Part shown: in pieces, positions 47,896 to 60,590 of the stretch
How positions within the stretch are numbered: the first letter of the stretch is position 1
Layout of the letters: each line of letters begins with the position of its first letter
DNA from: Takakia lepidozioides
Taxonomy: Eukaryota > Plantae > Bryophyta
Direction of reading: 5' to 3'
NCBI GenBank assembly: GCA_030704615.1
Contig: CM060734.1
Location: forward strand, 23,622,001 to 23,686,000
DNA length: 64,000 nt
The notes under the pieces: model-generated
The model's input: the letters and a program-made list of their open reading frames with translations, nothing else
Told to the model about the DNA's origin: nothing
Database searches by the model: none
Translations under genes and position numbers: made by a program

Positions 47896-49686
47896 TTGAA
47901 GAAGTATGCCACAGAGGCTGCAACACATTGGAGGAAGGGTGTTTGGTGTGCAAAATGCCAGAATGAAGGCCATACCACCACTGAATGCCACATGAAGGAG
48001 AAACACTGTACTATCTATAAAATGGATAACCATTCTACTGAGAATTGTTACTACAACAGAAGGACAGCAGCTAGAGAACCTAGGCAAGTAAGGGTGCATC
48101 AAGTGCAGCCCCAGCCAAGAAAAAACAGTGATCAGGACCACTATGGTAGGCTTGGTGGTTATAACAATGGCATGGAAGGGAGAGGTAATCCAAGAGGGAA
48201 TTACCAAGGAAATTCCAGAGGTAACTATCAGGGTAATCCAAGGAGGAATTACCAGCCAGGGAATCAGGATTACAGAAACAATCCCAAAACAGACCAAGGG
48301 CGAGGACCTAATGGGGAAGAACTGTGTTACTATTGTAATCAGGCAGGACATCGCAAGGCAGCTTGTCCATTCTGGATCAGACACCAGAATGAGATGAGAG
48401 CTCATGTGAATGAGGGGCCAGTGGTGGCAGCTCACATGGTTAGGCCATGTGTTGTATCAGAAAAAAGTACAATGATAGTAACCAGAAGCAAAGCCAAAAT
48501 AATACCTCCAGTAGATGAGGAAGGTGATGATAATGAAGATGGCAGTTTAGATTGGCAGTGGCCAATCAGATACTACCTTACTCATGGTCAGTGCCCACCT
48601 AGTTATGGAAAGGAGCAGAGGAAGAGAATCGCTATCAAGGCTTTACCTTATACTATGGTAGGGGGCATAATGTATAAGCTAGGACCTGATGGAGTACTTA
48701 AACGATGCTTGTACCACCATGAAGTAAATAAAGTTTTGGAGGAAGTTCATAAAGGAGTGGCTGGAGGTCATTTTGGAGAAGAGACTACCAGTAGAAAGAT
48801 ACTACTTGCAGGTTACTGGTGGCGTACTTTGTTCAAATATGTACAAAAGTATTGTCATAGTTGTGATGAGTGTCAGAGGCTAGGACCATTGCAGAGATCT
48901 AGGAAGATGGCTTTGCATCCTACGATGCCTACTGAACCATTTCAGAAATGGGGACTAGACTTTGTTGGACCAATTAACCCACCAGCCAAGAATACACAGA
49001 ACAAGTTTATAATCACAGCCACTGATTATACTACAAAGTGGGTGGAAGCTAAAGCTCTGAGGGACAACACAGCTAAGTCCACAGCAAGGTTCCTATATGA
49101 GAACATACTTACACGATTTGGCTGTCCCCTGGAATTTATCAATGACCAGGGAAGTCACTTCATTAATGAGACCATTGAACTATTGACTAAAGAGTTCATG
49201 ATTGTGCATAGGAAGAGTACAACATATTACCCACAGGGTAATGGGCAGGCAGAGGCTACCAACAAAATACTATGTACTATCTTGACTAAGATAGTCAATG
49301 CAAACAGAACAGATTGGGATACAAAGCTGCTGATAGCTTTGTGGTCATATAGGACTTCATATAAAGTCACCACTAAGTATACACCATTCCAATTAGTTTA
49401 TGGTATGGAAGCTTTACTTCCAGTGGAATTCTTGTTACCTACCATGAGAACTGAATGGGGAAGGAGAATGGAATTGGAAGATTCAATTAAGGTCAGGAAA
49501 CATGAATTATACCATGTGGAAGAAGTACGTGCTGATGCAGCTGATAACATGACCAAAATTCAGATGAAGAGGAAGGATCAGTTCGATGAAGGTAAATTAA
49601 AGACTTTCAAGACGGGAGATTTGGTACTGTGGTTGCAGAAGAAGGGGAAGATTAAAGCTTCTAAGCTTAAATCACCATGGAAATGA
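47896..49686 (+). CDS. Gag zinc-knuckle/integrase in-frame fusion created by deletion
   Basis: Junction …EDGS|LDWQWP at ~48546 joins the equivalents of 12380 and 15018. Confidence 0.9.
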   Translation: MKKYATEAATHWRKGVWCAKCQNEGHTTTECHMKEKHCTIYKMDNHSTENCYYNRRTAAREPRQVRVHQVQPQPRKNSDQDHYGRLGGYNNGMEGRGNPRGNYQGNSRGNYQGNPRRNYQPGNQDYRNNPKTDQGRGPNGEELCYYCNQAGHRKAACPFWIRHQNEMRAHVNEGPVVAAHMVRPCVVSEKSTMIVTRSKAKIIPPVDEEGDDNEDGSLDWQWPIRYYLTHGQCPPSYGKEQRKRIAIKALPYTMVGGIMYKLGPDGVLKRCLYHHEVNKVLEEVHKGVAGGHFGEETTSRKILLAGYWWRTLFKYVQKYCHSCDECQRLGPLQRSRKMALHPTMPTEPFQKWGLDFVGPINPPAKNTQNKFIITATDYTTKWVEAKALRDNTAKSTARFLYENILTRFGCPLEFINDQGSHFINETIELLTKEFMIVHRKSTTYYPQGNGQAEATNKILCTILTKIVNANRTDWDTKLLIALWSYRTSYKVTTKYTPFQLVYGMEALLPVEFLLPTMRTEWGRRMELEDSIKVRKHELYHVEEVRADAADNMTKIQMKRKDQFDEGKLKTFKTGDLVLWLQKKGKIKASKLKSPWK

Positions 49687-50484
49687 CCTTATGTCATACA
49701 GAAGATGTATGATAATAACACCGCCATGCTACAAACCATTAACAAAGAAATGCTGGGAAGAGTCAATGCCAATAAGTTGAAGGGGTACAGTGGTATCCAT
49801 GACAAACCATTGCAGCATGATTTGCATGTTGAAACGCAAAAACAGTCACGGGCTGCACCAGTGATACCAACGGAGTATAGAGCACTTGTGGCTAAGCCGA
49901 GCGTGTATGACCAGGGCGGGAAGTACAGGTGTTTGCATAGCTATCACAGCCAATCACAGCGTGACACAGCCTATCAGAGCCCATCACAGTGTCACACAGC
50001 CTATCACAGCCCACCACAGTGCCACACAGCCTGTCACAGCCCAACACAGCCCATGCAGTTACACAGTCCATAGGGTCAGTGACAAGTAGATGCGAATTAA
50101 CGTCAGAAAAGTGGCCATCAAGTGAAGAAGAAGTTTGGAATTCAAACTTGGAGAATATGCCACGCGGAGAGGGGAAGTCGGGGGCATGTCTAGAAAGGGA
50201 CACGTGGCCACTAAGGCAAAGCACACCGCACTGCATCGATTGCAAGAGTGGGTTTCATCATGCAAAAGGACAAATCGGGCCGTCAAAGTACCTACCCGGT
50301 ACAGCCGCTAAGACTATTTGTGGGCCCATTAATGCATTCAGTGTAAGGATAACGGAACCCTTTCCGAGTACAGAAAAGAGAAACTTATGCCACATGTGCT
50401 GTCCTACTGGACATTCCAGGTGGGAATGTCCACAGAGGGGGGTGGAATTAAGAAGTTACCTAAGCAGGCAACAGCCAATCAGGA

Positions 50485-53400
50485 GTGCGAATTACATGCA
50501 GGTGGTTCCCTCCCTCAAGAAGAGGAAGTGTTATGAGCGGAAGAGTCGGGGTGGCTCCGAATAGCCAGTGTCTCGACGGAAGGGGCAATCAAAGCACTAG
50601 CTTTGTAGCTATGGCGGATGTAACGGATTATACACTCGCTTTAATTCTCACGCAGTGGCGCAACGACGGACGAATTGAGAGTACATTTTCTCTCACTTGG
50701 TACTTGCAAGCCCCACAGGCTTACACGCACTTACCTGTTCCATTCTGTGCCAACCATACCTTCATGCTCTGTGCCCTGCAAGCTTTCCTTCAGCTATTTC
50801 AAACAAAGCCTTTTTGTTTGTCTAGAATGAAGAGAGTGAGGGGAATGGAGGATATCAGGGTGAAGAGCACCACGATTCTGCACAAGCAAACAATTGCAGC
50901 ACCGCAGGCAGTGCAGCTGCTAAGGGAGTTGCAATTGGAGGGGCTGCTACGCAAGGACTGGTCCTTGCATCATCGGCAGTATATGATTCAATTTCTTCAG
51001 AACTTTGAGCCTCGGACGGGAGTTACCCAGGTGAGGGGAGTAGATATAGAAATTACTCCCCAGTACATGTAGCAATTGTTTGATTTGCCATCAGGTCATG
51101 TGGATGTGGATGAGCACAGGGCAAGATTGCAGATAGGGAATTTGTTCCAAGAAGGGAGTTTCTTTAAGACTCAAGGTTACACTTGTACCAAAACCGAGTA
51201 CCCAGGGCTCAGAGAAGTTGGTCAAATATTGAACGTTCTGTTTGCCATGAAACAGAACCAATAGTATTTGAGCAGGTCATTCACAGAGGAGATCCTGAAA
51301 GCTTTGAGGGGAGAGGATGTAGCTTGGGCGGAGTTAATGTACAATGGTCTGGTGGATGAGATGAAGAGGTTACAGGGCACTGCTACTAAGTCTCCGATCA
51401 TTGTGTCTAGTCTAGTCATTGCCCAAATAATTCTTGACTCTTGCATACTTGATACTCGGGAACGTAAGGAGATGGGAGTGTTTGAGGCAGTAACCACTGC
51501 AATTGAAGAGCAGGGCTCTTCACATAGTGAGGGTGGATTGGCAGGGCAACACCAGTCTAAGAGACAGAAGTGGGGTATGACTGTAGTGGCGGATCCACTG
51601 GCTTCACGGAAACCGCAAGATGATGTTTCCCAAGCTCTTGTGCAGGATGGGGGCACAGCAGCACAGAAGGCTGTTATTATTGGAAGCACGGCCTTCGGAG
51701 AGGGAAGAGGAAGTCAATTTGATACCACAGCCACCACAACCAGTTGACTCAGTTGTCTTAAAGGTTCCACAGTTAGAACATGTTGTGACATCACCCCCAA
51801 TTGCTCTGGACGGAGAAAGGTTGGACATTCCCACTACAGAGCAGGTCGTGGCCAAAATTGAGAAGGGTGACCTTCTCTATGAAAACTCTGGCTTGGTAAG
51901 GGAATCAGTGGTTCCAGAGGTGCAGCAATTGTCTAGGGAAAACCCTGCTGTGCATGTAATACCCACACCTGTGACGGAGGTACCACGGGTAGAATATCAG
52001 GACACTGCAGCACACTGTGGAGGATGAGGTGGTTCAGGAAGAGAATCTGGTGGGGCAATGGCCTGAATGGTTGGTGAGGCATCACACTGCGGAGGATCAG
52101 GGAGAATAGCAGCAAGTTCACCATGATGACCCTCAGCAGGCCATGCTTATGAGTTCCATAAGCAGGACACTTAATTTGTTGGGCACCTATGTGAAATCCC
52201 ATGTTCCATCTACCCAATTGGCAGCTTTGAGGGAGGAACTCAGGAAGGAGTTTGAGGCTGGAATTGCCACTGAGTGTACTAACAAGGTAGATGAGGAGGT
52301 CAATCTCAAGTTACAGCAAGAGATGGAGGACACAAAGGCTACTTTGCAGTTGGCCAAGGGACATTTGATTGAAGCAGGCCTCGAGCAGGACCAGTTGCAT
52401 GAAGCACATAAGCAACAGTTATACCAATTGCAGGTGAAGCATGAGGGCAAGTTGCAAGAAGTGAATGTACTACATACATAGTTGGAGGCAGTACATGAGA
52501 AAATGACCATACAATGTGTTACACACTCACACTACTCTTTTGAGCAAACTGCATTAGAAGTTAACAGACAAAGGGAGAGATGTATGAGGGCAGAAGCTGA
52601 GATAATAGAGCAAGCAAAACTCATTGTTGATATGAAGAATACAATCTATCACAATGAGAATACTTTCAAACAATACCGACAGGTTGAGGCTGACCAGGAG
52701 AGGTACATCCTGGAGTTGCAACAAACAGTCATGGTCAATAGAAATGAACTCTCTGTGGTTAACAAGGCTTGGAAGGAAGCCAATAATCTGGCTGCTGCCT
52801 ATGCGGGTCTGGTTGAACCTCATGTGAAGCGCATGGACGCTTTACAGCAGCAGTTAGATGTGTACAGACTCACGGAGGAGCAGACTCTCAGGGGTGCCAC
52901 ACACGACTTGGTGGATAACCACCTTATGCAAGTCTGGTTAGCACAAGGGCTGGTAGAAGGCAAAGCACCATTGAAACTCACCCAGGGCAAGATGAATGAG
53001 CTCAGATTGCAGGTGCAGAACATTGCCACAACTACTATAGACAATGTCTATAGTAGAATAGCGGAGCTACAGGAGGACGTGGAAGGCCTGCAGACTCAAG
53101 TGGATGACCTGAGCTCAAATATTGACAAGAGAGTCTTTGTTCCTGAGGAGCAGCTAATGGCTACTTATTTACATGCCATGACTCTAATTTTTCAATCTTC
53201 TTTGCAAGGGGTGCAGGAGATGCTAGTGGTAGAAGGGCCAGTGGTACCAATATCACAGCAGGCGGCTGTGCACGTAGCTGAACCTATTGTTACTACAGCC
53301 ACACCACAGCCTGAGGTATAGGGGGATGCTGCTTTTAACCCACCTACGACTCCTGCTGCACGGGAGTACAGTCGGGCTATGATTATACCCTTCAACCAAA

Positions 53401-54363
53401 TTCCCATTGTGCTGGATTTGGCTTAGAAGGAATTTAGTCCTCCGCAGTCGTTGGCACATTACTACCAGATCATGCACATTTGGTTGTCAGTGGCAACTTG
53501 GACTAAGGTTCTTCCGAACAATCGACCCATTGAGGATCATCACTTTGCGAGGTACTGGTCTGAAGCAGGTACCATGCTGAAGGAATTAATTGCCTTCCAA
53601 GTTGTACATGGGTACATTTATACCAAGACCAAGGAGGTATCTAGTATTGTCATGGGCTGTGGATTATACTATGCTGCTTGTTTTCTGGCACGTTATCACA
53701 TTGAGCAGCAGAGGATGCAATCCCGATTTCTGAGTTATTCCAGTGGGGATCATTGGGTCTTACCTTCAATGCCACCTCATATGTATATGATGCAGAATGA
53801 TTCCCAACTTCGTTCATGGTTTCATTCGGCTTGGAACAATTTGACAACACAGAAATTCGGCCCTGAGGATATTTTCTTTAAGGGACATGAAGCCTGGAAA
53901 TACTCACACTGTTCCAAAGTCATTGGCACACCTCTCACCTATACGGATAAGGAGTTCAGGGTGTTCACTAATTTTGCTTGGCAAGCGCTTACAACAAGTT
54001 ATACAGTTTAAACTTCCAGACATGGTGGGACCACATTGTATGCCACACAGGATTCCACTTAAAGTTCGGCCGTTAAAACACCTAAGGGGAGACGAGGATT
54101 CTGATACTATTGTTTCTTCAGATGACTCTTTTGACATGGCAGAGGACTATGCACTTCAGATGGCAGAGAAGAAACGACGGGGATCTCCTATGCCTGAGAG
54201 ATTACCTCGTTATCAGCCAAAGGAGGGTCAAACATTTCCAGGTAGTGCTCAATCATCTCCATCCGCCAGTGACAGGACTCGGGCTCGCACACGGAGTCCT
54301 TCACGCGACTCTCACCGACAGAAGGGTGCTTGCTCACAAAGGTTTGCTGATCCCAAACAGTAA
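50485..54363 (+). pseudogene. Accessory 3' ORF of copy 2, disrupted
   Basis: Collinear with 16889-20790. Confidence 0.7.
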
Positions 54364-54401
54364 ACCGTGAGGACACGGCTTTTTGAGAGGGGGAGGGGTA
54401 A

Positions 54402-55418
54402 TGTTAGAGGCTGCTTGGGACTTAAACGCTTTTACGGGTTCTGTGGGGTACCTTTAATTTTTGCGCAGATTGAGACCAACAGGATCCTTAGGGGTAGCAG
54501 TAGCAGGCTTTAGGGGGGTTACACAGCCCGACACAGCTCCACACAGCCCGTCACAGCCAGTCACAGTTTCGCACAACTTCACACAGCCCGACACAGCTTC
54601 GCACAGCTTTACACAGCCAGTCACAGCCCGACACAGCCCGACATAGCTTCGCACAGCTTTACACAGCCAGTCACAGCCCGACACAGCTTTGCACATCGTC
54701 GCACAGCCCGACACAGCCAGTCACAGCCCGACACAGCTTTACACAGCCAGTCACAGCTCGGCACAGCTTGACATAGCCTGTCACAATACATGGGGAACAG
54801 TTATCATTGACAGGGAACGACGGTGAGGGAACGACATCTGTAGAGGGAACGTGTTACTTCAGGGGTGACGGTTAATTAGTTAGGTGGTTAGAACAACTTG
54901 CGGGTAGATTAAGAGAGCGGCAACGGGAAGAGGATCACTTCATGGGGAGCGCTTCTGGGTCATGCATGAGAGGAGATCAGGCGGAGAGCAAGAACGAGAG
55001 CATGGAGAAGGAGGAAAGATGAACAGTAGATGCTTGTTACATGCAAAGCTGTAGTGATACTGTAGGGCATATTAGAGTCACCATGGCATTGGCCTGATAC
55101 CTGATAAATCATAATCTGATACTTATTCGATACAATCACACTGTGTAGAGAGACATGAGTGAAGCTGTGGAATGAATGCATGATTAACTGGAACTTAGTA
55201 GATACTAAATCAATCTGATGCTTTAGTATACATGGTAAGGTAAATTGAAAACATGAAGGCAAGAAGGAATACAAATAAGAAGCACAACCATGATTCAGTA
55301 GCTGCAGGTCATGACTGATTGTTCTGAGCGGGCTGAGTGCTTAGAGATATCCAACTCTTCTATCTTGGAGTTTCCACCTCGGATAGCGAAGGGATGGGTG
55401 AGTAAAAGCCACTCGACA
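54402..55418 (+). repeat. 3' LTR of copy 2 with an expanded CACAGC repeat block (54520-54790)
   Basis: TG…CA after the PPT; homologous to 20829-21772. Confidence 0.95.
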
Positions 55419-57604
55419 ATCTTTCAGCTGCATGTAATAGTGACATCTGAATAGCTTTGGCGGGTGTGCTCCATGGCAGCCAGTCCCCTTTAATGTCTTT
55501 ATCGCAAGGAAAATGTTCCTGCCCTGAACGATGTGATCCATCACTGCCTGAAGAATAAAATGTCTTGGTGGAACACTCACCCCTCATGTGGCCTCCAGCT
55601 GGGCATCCTGATGAGGAGGTCACCTGAATCCTTCATGTTGTCTCTTCACTTGTAGAGTGTTGGAGGGATGGTGTTTCTTCAGAGCTGCCCTCTTCATTGT
55701 TTGATTGTTCTTCCTCAAGTACACAGGCTGGCTGCACCTTGACTAGCTCCTGATCTCGAGCATGAGCTCCTCGTGTAACCACATGGATGGTGGGACAGGA
55801 GAACACCAGATCTGCCCCTTTCTTGTTGCTGATTGCAGGAACATCCTTCCTTCCTGCACCCACATCCTTCCAAATACCTTCCCCTACCAGATTGATAGAG
55901 GCTGATTGGTTAATGCCCCTTCCTTGGGTGTTGGCTGCAAAAGTCACCTTCTTTCCTTCCCTATCTGGCATCACACCTGGTTTTAGTTCTCCTCTCAATA
56001 TACCATGAGCCTTGGTCAACACACCACCTGTGGAAGATCTATCTATTCCAAGGACGAACTCAAATGAAAAGTCACCAAGCAAGTCTATGCCAATGTGGTG
56101 TTCTGAGTACAGCCACCAATATGGGTCCAGATCTGTTTCTAAGGAAAAATGACTTCCCAACAGTGTCTCCTTGAAATGCCAAAGACCCCATACACATGCA
56201 TAGTACTCTTCTCTCTTGCAAATCATTTCCCCTCTCTCACTGCTATACCCTACTTGCCTATGAGCCTCTTCTCTCAACTCTTCTTTACCCTCTTTATATT
56301 GAAATAGAGAAGCATTGATGGCACCCCTGTCCCACTCTAGTTTAAGAAGATAGGCTCCATCCCTCTTTCTCCCCTCCCTTTTTTGACTGTATAGAGAAGT
56401 AGAGTATACCTCGAGCTCCTCGGTTTCCTCCGCTGGTCCCACTGGATACCTGCTTAGCGCATCTACGTTAGCATGCCTAGCACCCGCCCTATGAACAATC
56501 TTAAACTCAAAATCTTGTAACATCATGATCCATCTACCCCTGCGTCCATATGCGTCACTTACCGTTGCCAACCACTCCAGTGGTTTGTGATCAGTTTTGA
56601 TTATAAAAAGGGTTCCATATAGGTACTGCCTAAAGTGTAATACTCCCCACACCAAGGCATAGCATTCACCCTCCATAGGGTGATACTTACGCTGAGCATC
56701 AAATAGTACCTTACTAGCATATGCAATGACCCTCTCCTTTTTATACTCCTTCTGTGACAATACTGCCCCCACCCCTTTGATGGACCAGTCAACATCCAAG
56801 ACGAAAGGCCTTGAGAAATTTGGCCTGGCCAGAATGGGTGCAGTCACCAGCTTCACCTGTAGGGCAAAAAAGGCGTTTTGTGCCTCTGCACTCCAGCTAA
56901 ACTTCACATCCTTCTTAGTTAGAGTGAACAAAGGCACTGCCACTCCAGCATATCCCTTGACATAGGGCCTATAGTACCCTGTCATCCCCAAATAACTTTT
57001 GACAGCAGTGTAGTTCTTGGGCAAGGGAAACCTTTCAATTGCAGCTATCTTATCTGGATCAGGCCAAGTTCCTTCTTCAGAGACCACATGCCCAAGGAAC
57101 ACCAACTGCAAGTTGGCAAAGTAACACTTGTCCGGATTGAGCCTAAGATTGGCCCTTCTAAGCTTCTTCAACACTCTCTTTATGTGCCCCATGTGATCTC
57201 CCAGTCCTTGCTATGGATGTTGACATCATCTACAAAGACCTTAGCACAATCTTTAATCTCTTCTTTAAGCACCCTGTTCATTGCCCTCTGAGAAGTAGCA
57301 GTGGCATTTTTTAGCCCAAATGGCATGACTAGCCATTCATACAATCCTTTCTTTGTAATCATTGCTGTTTTGCTTATGTCTTGGTCATCCATTTTGATCT
57401 GCCAAAAACCAGATTGTAGATCCAGTGCAGAAAACCACTTGGCTTTCCCCAACTGGTTCCAAACATCCTGAATCAATGGCATAGGGTAAGAGTCCCTCCT
57501 AGTCAAGCGGTTCACTGGCCTAAAATCACCACAAAAACGCTTGGATCCATCCTTCTTGGGTGGAAGGGTAACTGGACATGACCATTCTGAACTACTTTCC
57601 CTCA
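55419..57604 (-). pseudogene. pol: Gypsy pol fragment (RT and RNase H) of a different lineage; 5' side cut by element B
   Basis: LDLQSGFWQI, MPFGL, FVDD, LDVDWS, MEGECYALVW, TDHKPL; frameshift at ~57185. Confidence 0.93.
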
Positions 57605-57668
57605 GAGGTTTACTATTTCATGAGCGCATGAGCCCATGAGCCCATGAGCCTATGAGCTCATGAGCGGA
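57605..57668 (+). repeat. Left terminus of element B with CATGAGC heptamer repeats
   Basis: GAGGTTTACTATTTCATGAGC followed by about 6 CATGAGC units; interrupts the RT coding sequence. Confidence 0.9.
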
Positions 57669-58884
57669 CATCCGCGGAATTGGAATTTTCCTGCCTTTAT
57701 TGACGGCGTTATGTCCTCTTACCTCGGTAATAGGGTCTGTTTCTCCTGGTCCAGGATGCGGAATGAGGTATTTCGGCGCCATTATTCCCAAGAGCAGTGT
57801 GCTAAAATGGTGTTTTGAAGACATCCACCGGGGTATTTCGGCACCGAAATTACCTCTTAAAATGTGATATAGTGCGGTATTTAATGGCGCAGAACGGGCT
57901 ATTTGGGCGCCGAAATACCCAAGTGGAATGTGCTGAAGTGCCTTGTGCTGAAGGCTTCCATCGCGATATTTTGGTACAGTAATTCATCCGTGGAATTTTT
58001 GAGGCCCATATAACGAAGGCGCGCATTGGACTATTTCGGCGCCAAATTTCCCAATAGGAATGTTAGAAACGGCAGGGTTTTCATGGCTTCAAGTTCTCGG
58101 CTCGATGGTGTGCATAAATTACTTGTAGGGTTTCTTCAATGAAGTTTGCGTCTCTTCTGCTTTTATTATACATTTTGGTTGGCGGAAGAAATGTAGGGAA
58201 TCGGACAAGCAGTCTGAACACAATGATTTTTCAAATCGTCAATATTTTCATTAAGTGTTTCAGAACTGTACAACAAAAGGATCCAAATGAGACTTTGCTA
58301 TGGTGAGGATCCGCTATCACTTCACTGTCCGATGCAAATCCCCGGCCTCATGCAGGATGGCTGCCTTCCACCTGCCTCCGACCTGCAACTGCCGCTAACC
58401 GCTATTCCTGAGACCCTCCCTCAAAATACCATCCTCAACCAGCCGGAAAACATTCCCCTCGCTCTCGGACGCGGATTCTATTACGAACTTCCCTACTCTG
58501 CCTTTCACAATTCTATGTTTGGCCTCACGCCTCATTATAATTCTCTGCTCATTCCCGTATGTCAATTGCTCTAACCGAGTAGGCCTATCCTCCCTGCTGA
58601 TGGCTTCTCTGGCATCCGTGTCTGCATAGGCTGGTAGAAAAAAAGGCTTTTGGGGACTCGCGAGAAACGATTTTCTGGCAAAGAATGGCCGATGCGATTC
58701 TGTCTCTTCCTCTGCAACAGGGTCCGATTCGGGCAAGTCTCCCAGCTTCTCCTCGTCGGACGACTCTGCAAGGCTAGTGTACGCACAAACATAGAATGAA
58801 GTACATTAGAGAATTCAAACAGGGAATCATCGGCAGGTTGCATGGTCCCTACAACCGAAACCAATACACTTACTATGGTGCAAC

Positions 58885-59505
58885 TCACTCGAAGACAGGC
58901 ATTGGGGGAAGCGGCTTCGGGCGCCCCTGCATCGAACGAATTTCCTGGACTTCCTCCTCTTCATCTTCCTCCTCCCCTTCCACGTCATCTTCTGCGTTTT
59001 TGGGATCCTCAGTCGGAGGCAAACGCTGAAGGCCCGCCAAATTGTAATCGTACAAGGCCGTATCCCCCTCAAATGAGAACACAAATCGGTTCGACATCCT
59101 TCCCGCCCACATACAGGCACCTGCAAATTCATACGACACAACCACAACCAAAACTCAAGAATGAGTCGCTTCCTCGCACAAGCAAACATACACAAATGGA
59201 AATGGTGTCAATTTTGGTGCCGCATTCAATTAACGTTCTCACCTGTATTTGCAGTGATGTCGAGGACCCTGCCTTCAACATCCGTACATGTTTCCATGAG
59301 CGTCTGGGATGAATGCATGACTCCTGGTCCTGCCATACCTCCATGGCTTGCCCGACAAATCACAAAGAATGTCCTTCTCTCCCACATGGTTGAACAGGAC
59401 GTTATACTCCAGTGGATCAACTATGGAATCAACAAGTCTTCCTGTTTCACGTAATTTGAATTTCTAATGTTTCTTCACGAAGCAAAATGCCTGAAAGATA
59501 AGAGT
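58885..59505 (-). pseudogene. C-terminal part of a beta-class amino-DNA-methyltransferase-like gene (N4C/N6A fold), cargo of element B
   Basis: Splicing GT-AG intron 59121-59242 gives …GKPWRYGRTRSHAFI/QTLMETCTDVEGRVLDITANTG-ACMWAGRMSNRFVFSFEGDTALYD, matching the motif X-I-II pattern li..s..gd.VLDpfaGsG….a….gR..igiE.d..y. There is one +1 frameshift (~59308) and one stop (~59465). The catalytic motif IV is not visible. Confidence 0.65.
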
Positions 59506-60590
59506 CTGCAGAGAAGGAAATGTCCTGGAGGTTTTGCTCCTCCGCAAGCTCCAGCAGGTTCTGATCGTCGCCAAGTCGTACCACGTTGTCGTCCTCTCCT
59601 TCTGTCAGCTCAATGGGCCGCCCTTCTGCAGATCCAACTCCCACATCTCCAGCGGCCTCCACCGCATCCGTGTTTTTTTGAAATTGACTGCAAACCCAAA
59701 TATCTCTGCTTCCAGTCTCCCTAGGGGTTTTACTAGTAAGCCATGGGCTCCTTCTGCTTCCTCGACTTCCGAACTCTAGGTGGGCTTTTCTGAGGCGATA
59801 TCTGAGGTGTTGAATGAGGACTCGCCTGCCTCGATGCACTTCCACCTTGCGAGCGCAGCACCCGGGCAGGAGTATCCAAAGTTGACTGTGTTGCTTCGCC
59901 CCCCTGCGATCCCTCCCCAGCTCCCATGTCAAACAAACAGGAAAACATGAGACACTGCACGCAAAAAAAAAAGGTGTAAAAGGAATATTGCGTATGGAGT
60001 GCTTCACATCCGCAAAGCACGAATCTCTCACTGGTGGGCGATCCGAGTCTCCGGATAACGAGGTCTACATTTCATGCATGAGACGGAGCTTAAGTCGTGT
60101 CGTCGGCGGCTTCCCAAAATCCCGCGTCCTCCTTCTCTTTGCCGGAGTCACCTGACCTTCCACAAACTCTATGCTACCACTATGCCGCATAAGGAGAGGA
60201 AACGCAGGAGAATGTCACTGCAGAAGGGCAAGGAGCGAGAGAGCGAAGCGGTGGAACATGCAACTCTACACGAGCAGATGTGTAAGCAGCCACGTCTCCC
60301 GAAACGTTGCCACCGTCCACCACTTTCTGCCGTATGGGTGATGAAGAGATTGTGACCCCTGACACGTTCGCACGGATGAAGTCGACTGGAACACGACGCG
60401 TGCCAGTTCCAGCCACCAGTACAAGATGGTTTATCCGAATTGCGGCACCGAAATACCTTCCGTTCACCGGATGCTGTTCCCGGAGCAGCCGACATTGAAT
60501 GAAATATCCGCACATCATGAAACCCCACCACCATGAAAATCCCCTGCCTATGACATTCAACAGTCAGGTCGGTACGTTTCATCAGCGGAC

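Larger units (their letters stand above)
45749..55418 (+). mobile_element. Phygy-like element copy 2: 5' LTR reduced to 76 bp, PR-RT-RH deleted
   Basis: Collinear with copy 1. LTR remnant 45749-45824, PBS 45827-45844, 3' LTR 54402-55418. Confidence 0.95.

Noticed and set aside
9187-57625. The matching 21-bp sequences as the two TIRs of one 48-kb element
   Set aside because: They face outward: subterminal repeats and element genes lie left of 9207 and right of 57605, so they are ends of two separate elements.
58300-58884. Further exons or a second cargo gene in element B (ORF 58395-58736)
   Set aside because: Candidate splice sites do not give a consistent phase and no motif was recognised.
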